This document shows positions 27,760 to 37,982 of a stretch of 64,000 bases of DNA, piece after piece; the first letter of the stretch is position 1; every line of letters starts with the position of its first letter. The DNA comes from an uncultured Fibrobacteria bacterium (GTDB lineage: Bacteria; Fibrobacterota; Fibrobacteria; UBA11236). The stretch lies in assembly GCA_963716395.1 (NCBI GenBank), contig OY970309.1, forward strand, positions 864,001 through 928,000, written 5' to 3'. The notes under the pieces are model-generated. The model was not told the DNA's origin and made no database searches. It worked only from the letters and a program-made list of their open reading frames with translations. Made by a program: the position numbers and the translations under genes.

Positions 27760-28140
27760 CTACTTGGCCGAATCGGCCTCGGCCTTTTTCATTTTCATCT
27801 TGCCGGTCTTATGGGCGGGATGAATTTTAATCAGCGAGGCTTCCTTCTGACCGTTGGCCTCGGTGTATTTGATGCTCACATGCGAATCGGCGGAAACGTC
27901 GGCCAGGGCTACGGTTTTCTTGCCCTCTTCGATTTTGGCGGTGGCCGGAACCGAGAAGGAATCCTGGTCTTTCTTGCCTTTGACCACGATGGTGTTGCCG
28001 ACCGCGTCGGTGGAGACCACCGTACCGCTCATCCACATGGATTTGACCTTGGACGCATGTTCGGTTTTGGTGGCGGCGTCGGCCAGTACCGCCCCTTGCA
28101 GGGCGAGCATCGCGCAAAGTGCGTAAGCGTAAGTTTTCAT
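27760..28140 (-). CDS. Small basic periplasmic protein (OB-fold-like)
   Basis: Signal peptide MKTYAYALCAMLALQGAVLA after an AGGAG RBS; GTVVSTD...IVVK...KIEEGKKTVALADV. Confidence 0.75.
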   Translation of the reverse strand: MKTYAYALCAMLALQGAVLADAATKTEHASKVKSMWMSGTVVSTDAVGNTIVVKGKKDQDSFSVPATAKIEEGKKTVALADVSADSHVSIKYTEANGQKEASLIKIHPAHKTGKMKMKKAEADSAK

Positions 28141-28190
28141 GAAATGACTCCTGTTTGTTCTTCCAACTCGGAAGCTTGCCACCCCTTAGC

Positions 28191-28205
28191 GCAAGGCGCG
28201 TGCCA
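28191..28205 (-). promoter_or_regulatory. sigma54 -24/-12 promoter
   Basis: Minus strand TGGCACGCGCCTTGC is the exact TGGCACG-N4-TTGC consensus, 50 nt upstream of the ATG at 28140. Confidence 0.85.
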
Positions 28206-28267
28206 TAAGGAATCTGGAAATTTCGTGCAAAAAAGGCGCCACGAAAGCGGATTAAAATGGATTCATC

Positions 28268-28296
28268 CCAAATGGGTTGCACACCAACCCATTTGG
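28268..28296. promoter_or_regulatory. Perfect palindrome, candidate enhancer-binding site
   Basis: CCAAATGGGTTG-CACAC-CAACCCATTTGG, about 65-90 bp upstream of the sigma54 promoter. Confidence 0.55.
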
Positions 28297-28335
28297 TGCA
28301 GCCGGATGCATGGTGGAAAGTGAATCCGGACGCAG

Positions 28336-28671
28336 CTAGCGCCGGTGATGCGCCGTTCTACCAGGAAGCACCTCCACGTCGGTGGCCACCAGTTGCTTGC
28401 CGTCTTCCTGATAATGCACCGACACGCGCAGGCCGCGTTGGATCTGGCTGAAGAACAGCATTTCCTTGCCCTGTTGAATGGCGGCCGTGACCGGCACTTG
28501 AATTTCGACTTCGCGTTTGCGGCCTTCATGCACGGTAAGGATTTTGGTTTTGGGTTGCACGGCCGTCACGGTGCCGATCGCCAGGTGCTCGCGCACTCGG
28601 GCCGAAGCCGGAAGGGGCAGTAGAATGGGAACGGCGAGCAGGGCCGAGAAAAATCCAGCGGCGTATTTCAT
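28336..28671 (-). CDS. Small periplasmic protein similar to 27760-28140
   Basis: Signal peptide MKYAAGFFSALLAVPILLPLPASA after a GGAGG RBS; GTVTAV...VPVTAAIQQGK...VSVHYQE. Confidence 0.7.
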   Translation of the reverse strand: MKYAAGFFSALLAVPILLPLPASARVREHLAIGTVTAVQPKTKILTVHEGRKREVEIQVPVTAAIQQGKEMLFFSQIQRGLRVSVHYQEDGKQLVATDVEVLPGRTAHHRR

Positions 28672-28752
28672 AATTACCTCCGAAAACAAGGGGTCAAGGT
28701 GAGGATAGTATGAATACTGAATCTGATGAAAAAGGCAAGCGCCGCCCGGCGC

Positions 28753-30108
28753 TCAATGGCCCTTGAGCCCGAATTTCATGGCCCGGTATTGGAAGGTACG
28801 GTAGGTCATCCCCAACAGCTTGGCGGCCTCGGCCATCACGCCGCCGCTGCGATCCAAGGCCTGGCTCATCAGACTGCGCTCCACATCTTCGAACACCACG
28901 CCTTGCGCGGGCAGGGAGAAGCCCGCCGCGCCGCGGTCATCCGCACCTTTGTTGCCGGGATTCCGCAACTCCGGGGGAAGATCGCCGCGCTGGATTTCCT
29001 GGCCGCGCGTCAATACGCACACCCGTTCGAGCAAGGCCTCCAACTCGCGCACGTTTCCCGGCCAATCGTATTGCCGCAACGCGTCCATGGCATCGTCGGA
29101 AATGGCCTTGCGACGCGAGGGATGCCCGAGGAATTGCCGCGCCAGGGGCGCGATGTCTTCGCGGCGCTCGCGCAAGGGAGGAATCACGATGGGGATCACG
29201 TTGAGGCGGTAGAACAAATCCTCGCGAAAAGAACCTTGGCGAATGCTGTCCTGCAGGTGGCGATGCGTCGCCGCGAAGATGCGGAGGTCGACGGGGAGGG
29301 AGGCCACGCCGCCCACGCGGCGGATCTCCTTTTCCTGGATGGCGCGCAGCAATTTAGCCTGGAGGCTGAGGGGCATATCGCCCACTTCGTCGAGAAAAAG
29401 CGTGCTGCCGTCGGCCGCTTCAAACAAACCGATCTTGCGCGCCGACGCGCCGGTGAAGGCCCCTTTTTCATGTCCGAACAATTCGGTTTCCAGCAAAGTT
29501 TCGGGAAAGGCCGAACAATTGATGCTCAGAATGGGTTTGCGGCCGCGCGGACTTTTAGCGTGGATAAGCTTGGCCACGCGTTCTTTGCCGGTGCCGCTCT
29601 CGCCCTGGATGAGCACGGTGGCATCGCTGCGCGACACCAGGTCGATGGTTTCGAGAATCGCTTTCATGGCGTCGGATTCGGCCACCAACCCCTGTCCGAT
29701 GGCGGCTTGCGACGCCTGGCGCCACCCCGTGGATTCATGCCGCAGGGCGCATTTTTCGGCCGCGCGCTGCACCAGCAGCACCAACTCGTTTTTATCCAGC
29801 GGTTTGTTGAGATAATCATAGGCCCCGAGGCGCATGGCCTTGACCGCGGTGTCGACGCTGCCGAACGCCGTGACCACCACCACTTCGGGAGCGGGCGTGA
29901 GCTTCAGGGCCGACTCCAAAAGATGCAGCCCGCCCTGGCCGGGCATGCGCATATCGGTCAGCACCACCTGGCAGGGTCGCTGCTGCAAAAGTTCGAGGGC
30001 CTCTTCCGCGCTGCCGGCCTCCGCCACTTCGTGGCGTTCGGCTTTCAGGATGCTGGCCGTAATTCGGCGCTGGGCCGCATCGTCGTCGGCGATGAGAATG
30101 CGCGCCAT
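28753..30108 (-). CDS. sigma54-dependent response regulator (NtrC/AtoC family)
   Basis: REC domain (ILIADDD, TDMRMP), GESGTGKE, ELFGHEKGAFTGA, FLDEVG, WPGNVREL, Fis-type HTH. Confidence 0.95.
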   Translation of the reverse strand: MARILIADDDAAQRRITASILKAERHEVAEAGSAEEALELLQQRPCQVVLTDMRMPGQGGLHLLESALKLTPAPEVVVVTAFGSVDTAVKAMRLGAYDYLNKPLDKNELVLLVQRAAEKCALRHESTGWRQASQAAIGQGLVAESDAMKAILETIDLVSRSDATVLIQGESGTGKERVAKLIHAKSPRGRKPILSINCSAFPETLLETELFGHEKGAFTGASARKIGLFEAADGSTLFLDEVGDMPLSLQAKLLRAIQEKEIRRVGGVASLPVDLRIFAATHRHLQDSIRQGSFREDLFYRLNVIPIVIPPLRERREDIAPLARQFLGHPSRRKAISDDAMDALRQYDWPGNVRELEALLERVCVLTRGQEIQRGDLPPELRNPGNKGADDRGAAGFSLPAQGVVFEDVERSLMSQALDRSGGVMAEAAKLLGMTYRTFQYRAMKFGLKGH

Positions 30109-31571
30109 CACGCCTTTCCGGGCAGCCGCACTTCGAAGCAGGCGCCGCCCTGCGACCGGTTGAAGGCGCGCACCCGCCCGCCATGCTCTTCGGCGATGCG
30201 GCGCACCAGCGCCAGCCCCAATCCCACGCCCGACTCCTTGCGGGTAAAATACGGATCGAACACCCGGTTCAAATCCTCCGTCTGAATTCCCGACCCGTTG
30301 TCGAGCACCCGGGCTTCGACCCAGGCCCGGCCGGCCTCGGCGTCGGGGGCGGTTTCGGCCTCCACCTCGATGCGACCCTGCGCGGGCGCGGCCTCGGCGG
30401 CATTGAGCAAAAGGTTCAGGAACAAAAGACGCACCTGTTCCTTGTCGGCATGCAATTGCGCCGACGCGGGCACGCGGTTATCGATCTCGACGTTCTTGGC
30501 GATCAGTTGGGGCCGCAACAGCGCCCCGGCCTCTTCCAGCACGTCGCGGAGCCCGAAGTCTTCCTGGCGCAGGCGTCCGGGACGGCTCACCGACAGGAAG
30601 TGGTGGACCACCTGATTGAGATGATGCACTTCGGCCTGGAGCGATTTGGTCAGCTCCTGGTAATCGGCCCGTTGCGCGGGATCGGCCGGCGCAAAGGTAT
30701 CGCCCAGGTGACCCGCGGTGAGATTGATGAGGTTGAGGGGGTTGCGGATTTCATGCGCCAGGCTCGCGGCCATCTCAGCCACCAGCGATTGCCGTTCCAA
30801 CTGGCGCAACTTGTCTTCGAGACTCTGGCGCTCGGCTAGGCGCTCTACCATGGTGTTGAAGGCCGTGAACAGGCGGCCGACCTCGTCGTTGCGCGGCGGC
30901 GCCCGCAGCCGCAGATTCAATTCGCCCCGCGCCACCTTTTGCGAAGCGGTGCCCAGCGTGCGCAACGGCTGGTTCAGCAAATGCAGCAGATAAGAAGACG
31001 CGAGAAAGGCCAAAAACAAGGCGGCCAGCGCCACCACCAAATTGCGCACCAGGGCGTCGGCCACCAGGGCGCGAAAGTCGCGGAGCACGATGGAGGTCTG
31101 CACCACGCCGATCACGCGCTGGTTGCGGACGATGGGCACGCGCACTTCGTAGCGCAGATTGCGGGCGCCGGTGTCGCTGGCGCCGAGATCCTCGCGAATG
31201 ATGATGGCTTTGCCGGCCAGCTTCGCCATCTCCTTCTCCGACCATTTCGCCTTGTGCCCGATTTTACTCGGGTTGCTGCTGGCCACGATTTCCTGTTGGC
31301 TGCTGATGATATGCACCTCGCGCACGTCTTTTTGCGCGGCGGCTTCTTTGACGAAACGTTCCAGCACTTCGCGATCCGGACCCTGATCGGCGGAAAGCTT
31401 CTCCGAAGACAAATGCACGGTGTTGCCGATGTCCTGCAGATCTTCGGTGATTTCCGCCAGCAGGCGTTGGGCGTTGCGCACATGGAAATACGTCATCAGG
31501 GCGGCCGCCACCACGACCAGCACGGCGAAGGTGAAAATTAAACGAGCCTGCAGACTCATGGGGAAAACCAT
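30108..31571 (-). CDS. HAMP-domain sensor histidine kinase
   Basis: Two TM helices, HAMP (NDEVGRLFTAFNTM), H-box LAHEIRNPL, N-box NLLLNA, DNGSG, GVGLGL. Confidence 0.95.
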   Translation of the reverse strand: MVFPMSLQARLIFTFAVLVVVAAALMTYFHVRNAQRLLAEITEDLQDIGNTVHLSSEKLSADQGPDREVLERFVKEAAAQKDVREVHIISSQQEIVASSNPSKIGHKAKWSEKEMAKLAGKAIIIREDLGASDTGARNLRYEVRVPIVRNQRVIGVVQTSIVLRDFRALVADALVRNLVVALAALFLAFLASSYLLHLLNQPLRTLGTASQKVARGELNLRLRAPPRNDEVGRLFTAFNTMVERLAERQSLEDKLRQLERQSLVAEMAASLAHEIRNPLNLINLTAGHLGDTFAPADPAQRADYQELTKSLQAEVHHLNQVVHHFLSVSRPGRLRQEDFGLRDVLEEAGALLRPQLIAKNVEIDNRVPASAQLHADKEQVRLLFLNLLLNAAEAAPAQGRIEVEAETAPDAEAGRAWVEARVLDNGSGIQTEDLNRVFDPYFTRKESGVGLGLALVRRIAEEHGGRVRAFNRSQGGACFEVRLPGKA

Positions 31572-31628
31572 AGCAACCCTCCGCACGCGACGGCGCGGAG
31601 GATGTATGCGGACTGGCGCCGCGGGTAT

Positions 31629-31952
31629 TTATTTCGCCAGTTGTTGCAAGACGCTTTGGATTTTGCCCGCCTGACGCCGCAGCAATTTGACGCTGGTCAG
31701 GGCGTTTTTCAGACTGCGCAGTTTACGGCCATCCAGGGCCGAAGGGCCGGAACCGCCTCGGCCTTTACGGGGAGCCCCCGCCACGCCGTTTTTCATCCAC
31801 CGACGCAGGGCGATATAAGAAACGCCGAACTGACGGCACGCGGCGGTGATCCCGCCCCGACCCTGCTTGCGCACGAAAGCGATGATTTTTTTGCGTTCTT
31901 CCACACTATAACGTTTCCCCGTATTCCCTTTTTTCCGCGTGGCCTTTTTCAA
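31629..31952 (-). CDS. Small basic HTH protein
   Basis: KRYSVEERKKII...GGITAACRQFGVSYIALRRW helix-turn-helix with a C-terminal coiled coil; probable TTG start after AAAGGA. Confidence 0.7.
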   Translation of the reverse strand: MKKATRKKGNTGKRYSVEERKKIIAFVRKQGRGGITAACRQFGVSYIALRRWMKNGVAGAPRKGRGGSGPSALDGRKLRSLKNALTSVKLLRRQAGKIQSVLQQLAK

Positions 31953-32189
31953 ATTGGCATCCTTTCTAGATAAAACAAACAACCCGTTCCCATACTCATT
32001 TCGCCCCGTACTGGCCGCATGAAAACGCGATTATTCACTTCATCCCCCTCGGCCGAAGTTAATTCTTCGGCGATCGTTACTAGTAATAATTTACGAACTT
32101 ATTTTATAAATAATCAAGATATTTTTATTTATTTAAAAGAAATATTTCTAATGGAATCGATTAAAAATCAATAAAATCCGCATCCTTCC

Positions 32190-32720
32190 ATGTCGATACC
32201 GCCCGACTTCGACCCAAGGCTGGAGGCCCTGCTTCCGCCATCCAATCCACCGCATTTACTCCGCGCCGGACGACCCGGCACCCGCGACGCCGCCGCCGTC
32301 CACCGCGCGGTCTCGGCGCATGGCAAATTCGCGGCGGAGCCGCGCGCCGCGGCCCTGGCGCTGGCGCTTCTCTGGCATGATCACTGGGACGCGGCCCATG
32401 AGGGGGTGCAGACGCAGGAAGGCCGAGCCGATTTCGATCTCATTCATTCCCTGGTCCACCGGCGCGAAGGCGATTATGGCAACGCGGCCTATTGGCTGAA
32501 ACGCGCCGGCGAGCATCCGGCTTTCGCCGGCCTGAGTCCAGCCCGCCTCCCCTGGCTGCAATCCGAACCCGCTTTAGCAAAAATCGTTTTCCCCGGCGGG
32601 CATTTCTCCGCGGCGGGGATGCTGCAAGCCGTGCAAATGGAATCCGCCGGCACGGCGTTGCGGGCGATACAGGCCGAAGAATATCGCGCCTTGTATGCCT
32701 GGCTGATGAACCGGCCTTGA
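32190..32720 (+). CDS. Conserved hypothetical protein
   Basis: LWHDHWDAAH...HSLVHRREGDYGNAAYW motif of a widespread uncharacterised family. Confidence 0.75.
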   Translation: MSIPPDFDPRLEALLPPSNPPHLLRAGRPGTRDAAAVHRAVSAHGKFAAEPRAAALALALLWHDHWDAAHEGVQTQEGRADFDLIHSLVHRREGDYGNAAYWLKRAGEHPAFAGLSPARLPWLQSEPALAKIVFPGGHFSAAGMLQAVQMESAGTALRAIQAEEYRALYAWLMNRP

Positions 32721-32806
32721 AGCGGGGCGTGATCCGCGTGATCTTCGGGCGGATTTTTTCTCACCCGGACCTGGCCTTGGGGGGCCGTCCGGTTGATCTG
32801 GTTTGG

Positions 32807-33604
32807 TCAGAGGCGGAGACGCTCCAACTCTTCCTGCAGGAAATTAAGGTCTTCTTCGGCGGCGTCGAAAAGATCGTCGCTGTTTTCCTTCGCAGCACCC
32901 ATTCCCCGCGCGCCGGCCAGGGTCCAGGACCCCTTAAAATCACTGCGCCCCAATAAAACCGCCACCTGCGAGCACGCCGGCTGCCGATCGCGCAGCGATC
33001 CGTAGCGCCCGCCGACCTCGATGCGAATGTCGAGATCGACCAGAGACGATCCGGCCTCGGTCAGGCAGGGTTCCACCACGTCGGCATCCCGCGAAAAGGG
33101 ATTGAGCGCGCAGCGAAAACGCGCGCCCAGAAGGCGACGGCCCTGGCGGATGGCTTCGGGAGCCGCTTCAGAAGCTTCGAAGGTTTGCACCAGGCCCACA
33201 CCGCGCGGCAAGTCGCGCGACCATTCCCCCACCCAGGCCAGTTGTTCCGACGCGGCTTCGCCCCCGTCAGCCGGGGAGAATTTCAGCCCTTGCGGTTCGA
33301 AGTAGTCGGAAGCTTCCAGGAGAAAATCGCGCTGGCGGCGGCTTTTATCGCCGGCGTCGACGGGAATTCGGGCCCGCACAGAGACCACGGGAAGTTCCAA
33401 TTCCTGCGAGAACCGGCGAATGGCTTCCCATTCCGAGCGCGAAGTCAGAAAGAGATGCGGGGCCCAGATTTCGACACCGGAGTACCCGGCTTCGGCGATG
33501 GGCTCCATCCATTCCGACACCTGCAACGACGGTCCTTTCTGGCTCCAACGGTTGCGTTCGAGCAGAAACGTCGAAAGATTGACCAAGGTGCCGCCGAGAG
33601 CCAT
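32807..33604 (-). CDS. Xylose-isomerase-like TIM-barrel protein (divergent)
   Basis: IAEAGYSGVEIWAPH and C-terminal AAEEDLNFL; metal ligands look degenerate. Confidence 0.6.
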   Translation of the reverse strand: MALGGTLVNLSTFLLERNRWSQKGPSLQVSEWMEPIAEAGYSGVEIWAPHLFLTSRSEWEAIRRFSQELELPVVSVRARIPVDAGDKSRRQRDFLLEASDYFEPQGLKFSPADGGEAASEQLAWVGEWSRDLPRGVGLVQTFEASEAAPEAIRQGRRLLGARFRCALNPFSRDADVVEPCLTEAGSSLVDLDIRIEVGGRYGSLRDRQPACSQVAVLLGRSDFKGSWTLAGARGMGAAKENSDDLFDAAEEDLNFLQEELERLRL

Positions 33605-33927
33605 GCCCGCCCCGAATCCAGGTGCCGCAAATTAGTAAACCTGAAGCCGCAACCCGCGCCGCATTCCGTTGCTGGACAAAATCGGGCCGAGGCACGGCCA
33701 CCTACGGACGGTAGTATCGCGAGAGTTACCGTCGCTCCGGAGTTAAGTACGCGGCCGGGGAGTTTTGCCCGCAATGATAACATATCATATTTGTATGAAA
33801 TAAAACGAGGGGCCTAGACCCAAAGCAAATCAAAGCTGATTTATTTTGTTTTGAGCAGATTTTATGGGTTTTTTCCAAAGGGTTTAAACTGACTAAATTT
33901 ATATGTATTATGCAGCCCGGAGTCACC

Positions 33928-34815
33928 ATGGCCCACGATCATCTCGACCAGTTGGAAAGTCAAAGCGTGTTCGTACTGCGCGAGGCCTATGCCAATTTTA
34001 AGAATCTGGCCATGCTCTGGTCCATCGGCAAAGACAGCACGGTGCTGCTCTGGCTGGCGCGCAAAGCCTTTTTCGGCCATGTGCCCATGACCTTGGTGCA
34101 CATCGATACCAGTTTCAAAATCCCCGCCATGATCGCGTACCGCGATCGCCTAGCCTTGGAGTGGCATTTGAATATGGTATACGGCCAGAACGAAGAGGCC
34201 GTGCGCAACCGGGAAACCTTTCCCGACGGCAAGCTCACGCGGTTGCAATGCTGCAAGGCGCTGAAGTCCGACGCGCTGCGGCGCACGCTGTCGGGCGAAG
34301 CCCGGCGCTATCGTATGAACCAACAAACCGGGCGGTACGATGCCGACGCGAACCGCGAGCCGTATACGGGCGTCATCGTGGGCGCGCGCGCCGACGAAGA
34401 GGGCTCGCGCTCCAAGGAGCGCTACTTTTCACCGCGCGACAAAAACAACGAATGGGATGTGGGCGATCAGCCGCCCGAGTTGTGGAACCAGTTCAAAACC
34501 GATTTCGCGCCCGGCACGCACGTGCGCATGCATCCGCTGCTCGACTGGACGGAGCTCAACATCTGGGAATACATCGAACGCGAACATATTCCCATCATCG
34601 ATTTGTATTTCAATCAGGGCGACGGCAAACGCTACCGCTCGCTGGGCTGTTATCCGTGCACCTCGCCGGTGGAATCGGAGGCCCGCAACGTGGCGGAAAT
34701 CGTGGCAGAACTCAAAACCGGCAAGTTCGCCAACATGGCCGAGCGTTCGGGCCGCGCGCAGGACAAAGAAGACGGCGGCGGCCTCGAAACCCTGCGCCGC
34801 GACGGGTACATGTAG
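33928..34815 (+). CDS. cysD: Sulfate adenylyltransferase subunit 2
   Basis: [43 protein letters not shown]-terminal GYM. Confidence 0.95.
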   Translation: MAHDHLDQLESQSVFVLREAYANFKNLAMLWSIGKDSTVLLWLARKAFFGHVPMTLVHIDTSFKIPAMIAYRDRLALEWHLNMVYGQNEEAVRNRETFPDGKLTRLQCCKALKSDALRRTLSGEARRYRMNQQTGRYDADANREPYTGVIVGARADEEGSRSKERYFSPRDKNNEWDVGDQPPELWNQFKTDFAPGTHVRMHPLLDWTELNIWEYIEREHIPIIDLYFNQGDGKRYRSLGCYPCTSPVESEARNVAEIVAELKTGKFANMAERSGRAQDKEDGGGLETLRRDGYM

Positions 34816-34826
34816 CCGGAGGCAAG

Positions 34827-36626
34827 ATGGGCACGGAAACCTCGACGGCCGCTCCCGCCGCCGCAGCGAAAATCGCTCCGGGCCAACCCCGCATGGATAT
34901 CGTCATCGTCGGCCACGTCGATCACGGCAAGAGCACGGTGATCGGCCGCCTTTTGGCCGACACGGGTTCGCTGCCCGAAGGCAAGCTGGAATCGGTGCGC
35001 GCTTTTTGCGCGCGCCATGCGCGCCCTTTCGAGTACGCCTTTTTGCTCGACGCCCTGAAAGACGAGCAGGCCCAGGGCATCACCATCGACACGGCGCGCA
35101 CGTTTTTCCAATCGCAGCGGCGGCATTACGTCATCATCGACGCGCCGGGGCATATCGAGTTTCTCAAGAACATGGTCACGGGCGCCGCCCGCGCCGAAGC
35201 CGCGGTGCTGGTCATCGACGCCAAAGAGGGCATTCAGGAAAACAGCAAGCGCCACGGCTACCTGCTTTCCATGCTGGGCATCCGCCAAATCGTGGTGGCC
35301 GTGAACAAGATGGATCTGGTCGATTATTCCCGCCAGGTCTTCGAGGATATCCGCGACGAATACATGGCCTTTCTGGGCCGGCTCGGCGCCGTGCCCAAGT
35401 TCTTCGTACCCATCGCGGCTTTTCCCGGCGAAAACATGGTGCGTCCCTCGGATAAAATGCCTTGGTTCAAGGGACCGGATTTGCTGGCCGCGGTCGACGC
35501 TTTTGAAAAGGCCCCGCCCAAAACGGGCCAGCCCTTCCGCATGCCCGTGCAAGACGTGTACAAGTTTACGGCCCGCGGCGACGGCCGCCGCCTGGTGAGC
35601 GGCCGGGTGGAGTCGGGAACCCTGCGCGTGGGCGACGACGTGGTGTTTCTGCCTTCGCGCAAACACAGCCGCGTCCGCAGCCTCGAGGGCTTCAACACCC
35701 CGCCGCAGAGCGAAGTGCAGGCCGGCCATTCCACCGGCGTGACGCTGGAGACCCAGATCTTCGTAGGCCGCGGCGAAATCATGGCGCGCGCGGGCGAGCC
35801 GCTGCCCGAGGTGTCGAACCGCATCCGCGCCAACGTCTTCTGGATGGGGAAAGCGCCGCTGCGCATGGACCGCGACTATTTCCTCAAGGTGGGTACGGCC
35901 AAGGTGGCCATGCGGTTGCTGCATATCAATTTTCTCATCGACGCGTCGGAGAGCGCGGCCGAAACGCATGCCCTGGATTACGTAGAGCGCCACGACGTAG
36001 CCGACTGCATCCTGCAATTGCGCAAACCCATCGCCTTCGACCCCACCTCTTCGCTGGAAGCCACGGGGCGTTTCGTGGTCGTCGATCAATACGAAATCGC
36101 CGGCGGCGGCATCATCCGCGAGGCCCTGGCCTCCGACGCCGAAGCCGCCTCCGCAACTGTGCAAACCCACCGCCGCCTGCATCGCCGCGAAGCCGCTCCC
36201 GCCGGGCGCGTGGCGGTATTTTCCGGCGCCGGCGCCGCTGCGGCCGCTCTCGAGGCCGACCTGCGCCGGCGGCAAAAACCGGTGGCTTTGCTGGGGCTGC
36301 CCGAAACCGCGGCCGAAGCGGGCGCCGCTTCGCAACAACAGCAGTTGGGCCGCACCGACCTGTTGCAAAAACTGGGCGAGGCGGCCTTCCACCTGGGTAC
36401 CGTGGGCGTTACCGTGTTGCTCGATGTCGAAGATCTCGACGCGGCCGAAGCGCGCGCGCTGGCGGAAATCCTGGCGCCGGTGCCGTGTCTGTGGGTGCAG
36501 TCGCCTTCCGCAGCCGGGCTCGACGCGCCCGGCCCGCACCTGCAAATCCGCTCCGAGGCCGACGCGGCGACTTGGGTGCAGGAAATCGACGCGGCCTTTT
36601 CCCGGCTTCCGGCCGTGCCGACATGA
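34827..36626 (+). CDS. cysN: Sulfate adenylyltransferase subunit 1 (GTPase) with a degenerate C-terminal domain
   Basis: [40 protein letters not shown]. Confidence 0.92.
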   Translation: MGTETSTAAPAAAAKIAPGQPRMDIVIVGHVDHGKSTVIGRLLADTGSLPEGKLESVRAFCARHARPFEYAFLLDALKDEQAQGITIDTARTFFQSQRRHYVIIDAPGHIEFLKNMVTGAARAEAAVLVIDAKEGIQENSKRHGYLLSMLGIRQIVVAVNKMDLVDYSRQVFEDIRDEYMAFLGRLGAVPKFFVPIAAFPGENMVRPSDKMPWFKGPDLLAAVDAFEKAPPKTGQPFRMPVQDVYKFTARGDGRRLVSGRVESGTLRVGDDVVFLPSRKHSRVRSLEGFNTPPQSEVQAGHSTGVTLETQIFVGRGEIMARAGEPLPEVSNRIRANVFWMGKAPLRMDRDYFLKVGTAKVAMRLLHINFLIDASESAAETHALDYVERHDVADCILQLRKPIAFDPTSSLEATGRFVVVDQYEIAGGGIIREALASDAEAASATVQTHRRLHRREAAPAGRVAVFSGAGAAAAALEADLRRRQKPVALLGLPETAAEAGAASQQQQLGRTDLLQKLGEAAFHLGTVGVTVLLDVEDLDAAEARALAEILAPVPCLWVQSPSAAGLDAPGPHLQIRSEADAATWVQEIDAAFSRLPAVPT

Positions 36627-37252
36627 ACGCGACGCCTGCGCCGTTCGGCGATCCCGCCCGCCGCCATCTGGTGCGGCAGGAATCCAGCCTGCGGCGCGCA
36701 GATCGCGTGCGCGTGACCAGGCAACGCGGCGCGGTGTTGTGGTTCACCGGGCTTTCGGGCAGCGGAAAATCCACCGTGGCTGGAGCCGTCGAAGCGCGCC
36801 TGAACCGTCTCGACAAGGTGACCTTTTTGCTCGACGGCGACAACGTGCGCCACGGGCTGTGCGCCGATCTCGGCTTCGGCGACGCCGACCGCCGGGAAAA
36901 CATCCGGCGCGTGGCGCATGTGGCCCGGCTGTTCTGGGAGGCGAATCTGTTGGCCCTGGTTTCCTTTATCTCGCCCTTCCGCGCCGACCGCCGCATCGCC
37001 CGCGATCTCATCGGATCCGACTTCGTCGAGATCTTCGTGGACGCGCCGCTGGCCATCTGCGAAGCGCGCGACCCCAAAGGCCTGTACCGCAAGGCGCGCG
37101 ACGGTCTTATCGCCGAGTTCACCGGCATTTCTTCGCCCTACGAACCTCCGGAAGCGCCGGAGTTGACGCTCAAAACCGGCGCCGAGAACCTCGACACCTG
37201 CGTGGAGCAGGTGCTTGCCTACCTCAAGTCCAAAGGTTATTTGCTGTCTTGA
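36623..37252 (+). CDS. cysC: Adenylyl-sulfate kinase
   Basis: [45 protein letters not shown]; ATGA overlap with cysN. Confidence 0.97.
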   Translation: MNATPAPFGDPARRHLVRQESSLRRADRVRVTRQRGAVLWFTGLSGSGKSTVAGAVEARLNRLDKVTFLLDGDNVRHGLCADLGFGDADRRENIRRVAHVARLFWEANLLALVSFISPFRADRRIARDLIGSDFVEIFVDAPLAICEARDPKGLYRKARDGLIAEFTGISSPYEPPEAPELTLKTGAENLDTCVEQVLAYLKSKGYLLS

Positions 37253-37274
37253 GGGCTTACGCCCGAGTAAAAAG

Positions 37275-37298
37275 GGGAACGGCGCAGACGCCGTTCCC
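37275..37298 (-). terminator. Intrinsic terminator of hsp20
   Basis: GGGAACGGCG-CAGA-CGCCGTTCCC 10-bp stem followed by CTTTTT on the minus strand. Confidence 0.75.
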
Positions 37299-37318
37299 GC
37301 TCTCCCTCTTCACCGGAG

Positions 37319-37762
37319 TTATTTGATGGCGATGGTTTTGGGCCTGGCCTCGTCGGCCTTGGGAATGCGCAATTGCAGCACGCCGTCTTTGTGTTCGGCC
37401 TCAATGGCGTCGGTCTTGACGTTGCGTGGTAATTCAAACGTGCGCGAGAATTCCCCCGACCGCGATTCGACGTAGCGGTAACGGCCCTCTTCGCCTTGAG
37501 CACTGCCTTGAGCAACGCCCTGGACCTTCGCTTCTTTGCGGCCGCTCAAAACCAATTGGTTGTCTTTGATTTCAACCGTCAGGTTCTCCTTGGCCACGCC
37601 GGGAAGTTCGGCGCGCAGCACAAAGGCGTCTTTTTCCTCGGTGATGTCGACGGCCGGGGTGAAACCCGAACGGCGGGCATAGCCCCAATTGCGATCGAAG
37701 TCGTCGAAAAAGCGATCGACCCACGAGGCGGGATGTGCGAAAGTTGTATTCAAGGTAAGCAT
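37319..37762 (-). CDS. Hsp20/alpha-crystallin small heat-shock protein
   Basis: PAVDITE, AELPGV, GEFSRTFELP, DGVLQLRIPK; AGGAG RBS. Confidence 0.95.
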   Translation of the reverse strand: MLTLNTTFAHPASWVDRFFDDFDRNWGYARRSGFTPAVDITEEKDAFVLRAELPGVAKENLTVEIKDNQLVLSGRKEAKVQGVAQGSAQGEEGRYRYVESRSGEFSRTFELPRNVKTDAIEAEHKDGVLQLRIPKADEARPKTIAIK

Positions 37763-37825
37763 GATAGTTCTCCTTTTTTTGATTTCGGTTGCGATCCTGC
37801 GACCGCGTTGCTGTCTGCATGAATC

Positions 37826-37840
37826 GCAACTCGGATGCCA
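37826..37840 (-). promoter_or_regulatory. sigma54 -24/-12 promoter of hsp20
   Basis: Minus strand TGGCATCCGAGTTGC (GG-N10-GC spacing with TGGCA and TTGC). Confidence 0.7.
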
Positions 37841-37982
37841 ACGCAAAATCGCTTTCGCAGACCGCAAAAACGCGGTGGGGAACCCGTTTCCAGCGTGTCG
37901 CTTCCCGACTTGCTTCCCAACTTGAAACGCACCGGAAAACACGCCGTCCGACTTTGATACATTCGCAACCGGAAACACAACC

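Noticed and set aside
31629-31982. IS3-type transposase orfA
   Set aside because: No integrase orfB, frameshift signal or terminal inverted repeats seen.
34161-34826. N-terminal extension of the 821-aa cysN ORF
   Set aside because: It overlaps cysD in another frame; the ATG at 34827 after a GGAGG RBS is the credible start.
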